Shown here in pieces: positions 59,778 to 60,024 of a stretch of 60,024 nucleotides of DNA. The position numbers and the translations under genes are program-made. Position 1 is the first letter of the stretch; every line of letters begins with the position of its first letter. This DNA is from Bacteroidota bacterium. Lineage in GTDB: Bacteria > Bacteroidota > Bacteroidia > Bacteroidales > PWNQ01. Location: the NCBI GenBank assembly GCA_051748205.1, contig JBNJHE010000001.1:1-60024 (forward strand), read 5' to 3'. The notes below the pieces were generated by a model that ran no database searches, was not told where the DNA came from, and worked only from the letters and a program-made list of their open reading frames with translations.

Positions 59778-60024
59778 GAAATCTTTTCAGTATACATAAC
59801 TTCTTTTTGGATTCTCTTTGTTTTTTAATGTAATCCGGATGTTGGCTTGAACATTGTTGTTTTACAAACTGTTGTAAAGGTAATAAGTTATCGCTGTGAA
59901 AGCATGATGATAAAAGGTTAACGCACATGATTAGTAGAAGCATCAAAAAAAATAATAATAAACAAGCTTGATGAACCGAGCCATGATCCGCCTAAGTCGG
60001 AACATACACGAGGATGATTAAATG

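Noticed and set aside
59976-59989. ccgagccatgatcc resembles the reverse complement of the 16S rRNA 5' end (ctgagccaggatc), hinting at an rRNA gene at the window edge.
   Set aside because: The similarity covers only about 13 nt. A minus-strand 16S gene would have to extend into 59700-59970, which is AT-rich promoter-like sequence with no rRNA character.
1-60024. Search by eye for CRISPR arrays, tRNA/rRNA/tmRNA/RNase P genes, integrases, transposases, toxin-antitoxin pairs, restriction-modification or other defence modules.
   Set aside because: I noticed no regularly spaced direct repeats and no tRNA-like T-arm motifs in intergenic DNA. No ORF has recombinase, nuclease or defence signatures. 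Detection by eye is imperfect. tRNAscan-SE, Infernal/Rfam and DefenseFinder/PADLOC runs would be decisive.

Overview
This 60-kb window looks like a chromosomal core region of a Bacteroidota genome. Three things point to that phylum. TAnnTTTG -7 boxes sit upstream of several genes. There is a SprE/PorW-like T9SS lipoprotein and a large secreted protein with a T9SS-type C-terminal domain. The atp operon reads bactofilin-atpZ-x-atpBEFHAG without atpDC. Coding density is about 90% and nearly all genes are housekeeping: comF, rseP, dxr, an M23 peptidase, sprE-like, the F-ATPase operon, ferritin, trpS, hflX, trkAH, an LPS/O-antigen-ligase cluster, dnaG, recJ, gpmI, purH, mreBCD, a U32 protein and glyQS. 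I found no rRNA, tRNA, CRISPR array, integrase, transposase or recognisable defence gene. I also see no convincing new multi-gene system. The most unusual signal is a 139-nt element with nested inverted repeats, present twice about 50 kb apart in the same orientation (3637-3775 and 53824-53962). Its between-copy substitutions keep a 17-bp helix paired through G-U wobbles, which suggests a structured RNA or a MITE/REP-like element. Secondary leads are: a 364-nt structured leader with small uORFs upstream of hflX; a decarboxylase and NhaC-family carrier operon; a secreted protein with three lamin-tail modules; a tandem active/inactive transglutaminase-fold pair; and an unassigned 1156-aa outer-membrane-type protein. 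Product calls rest on motifs I recognise by eye. No database search was run.
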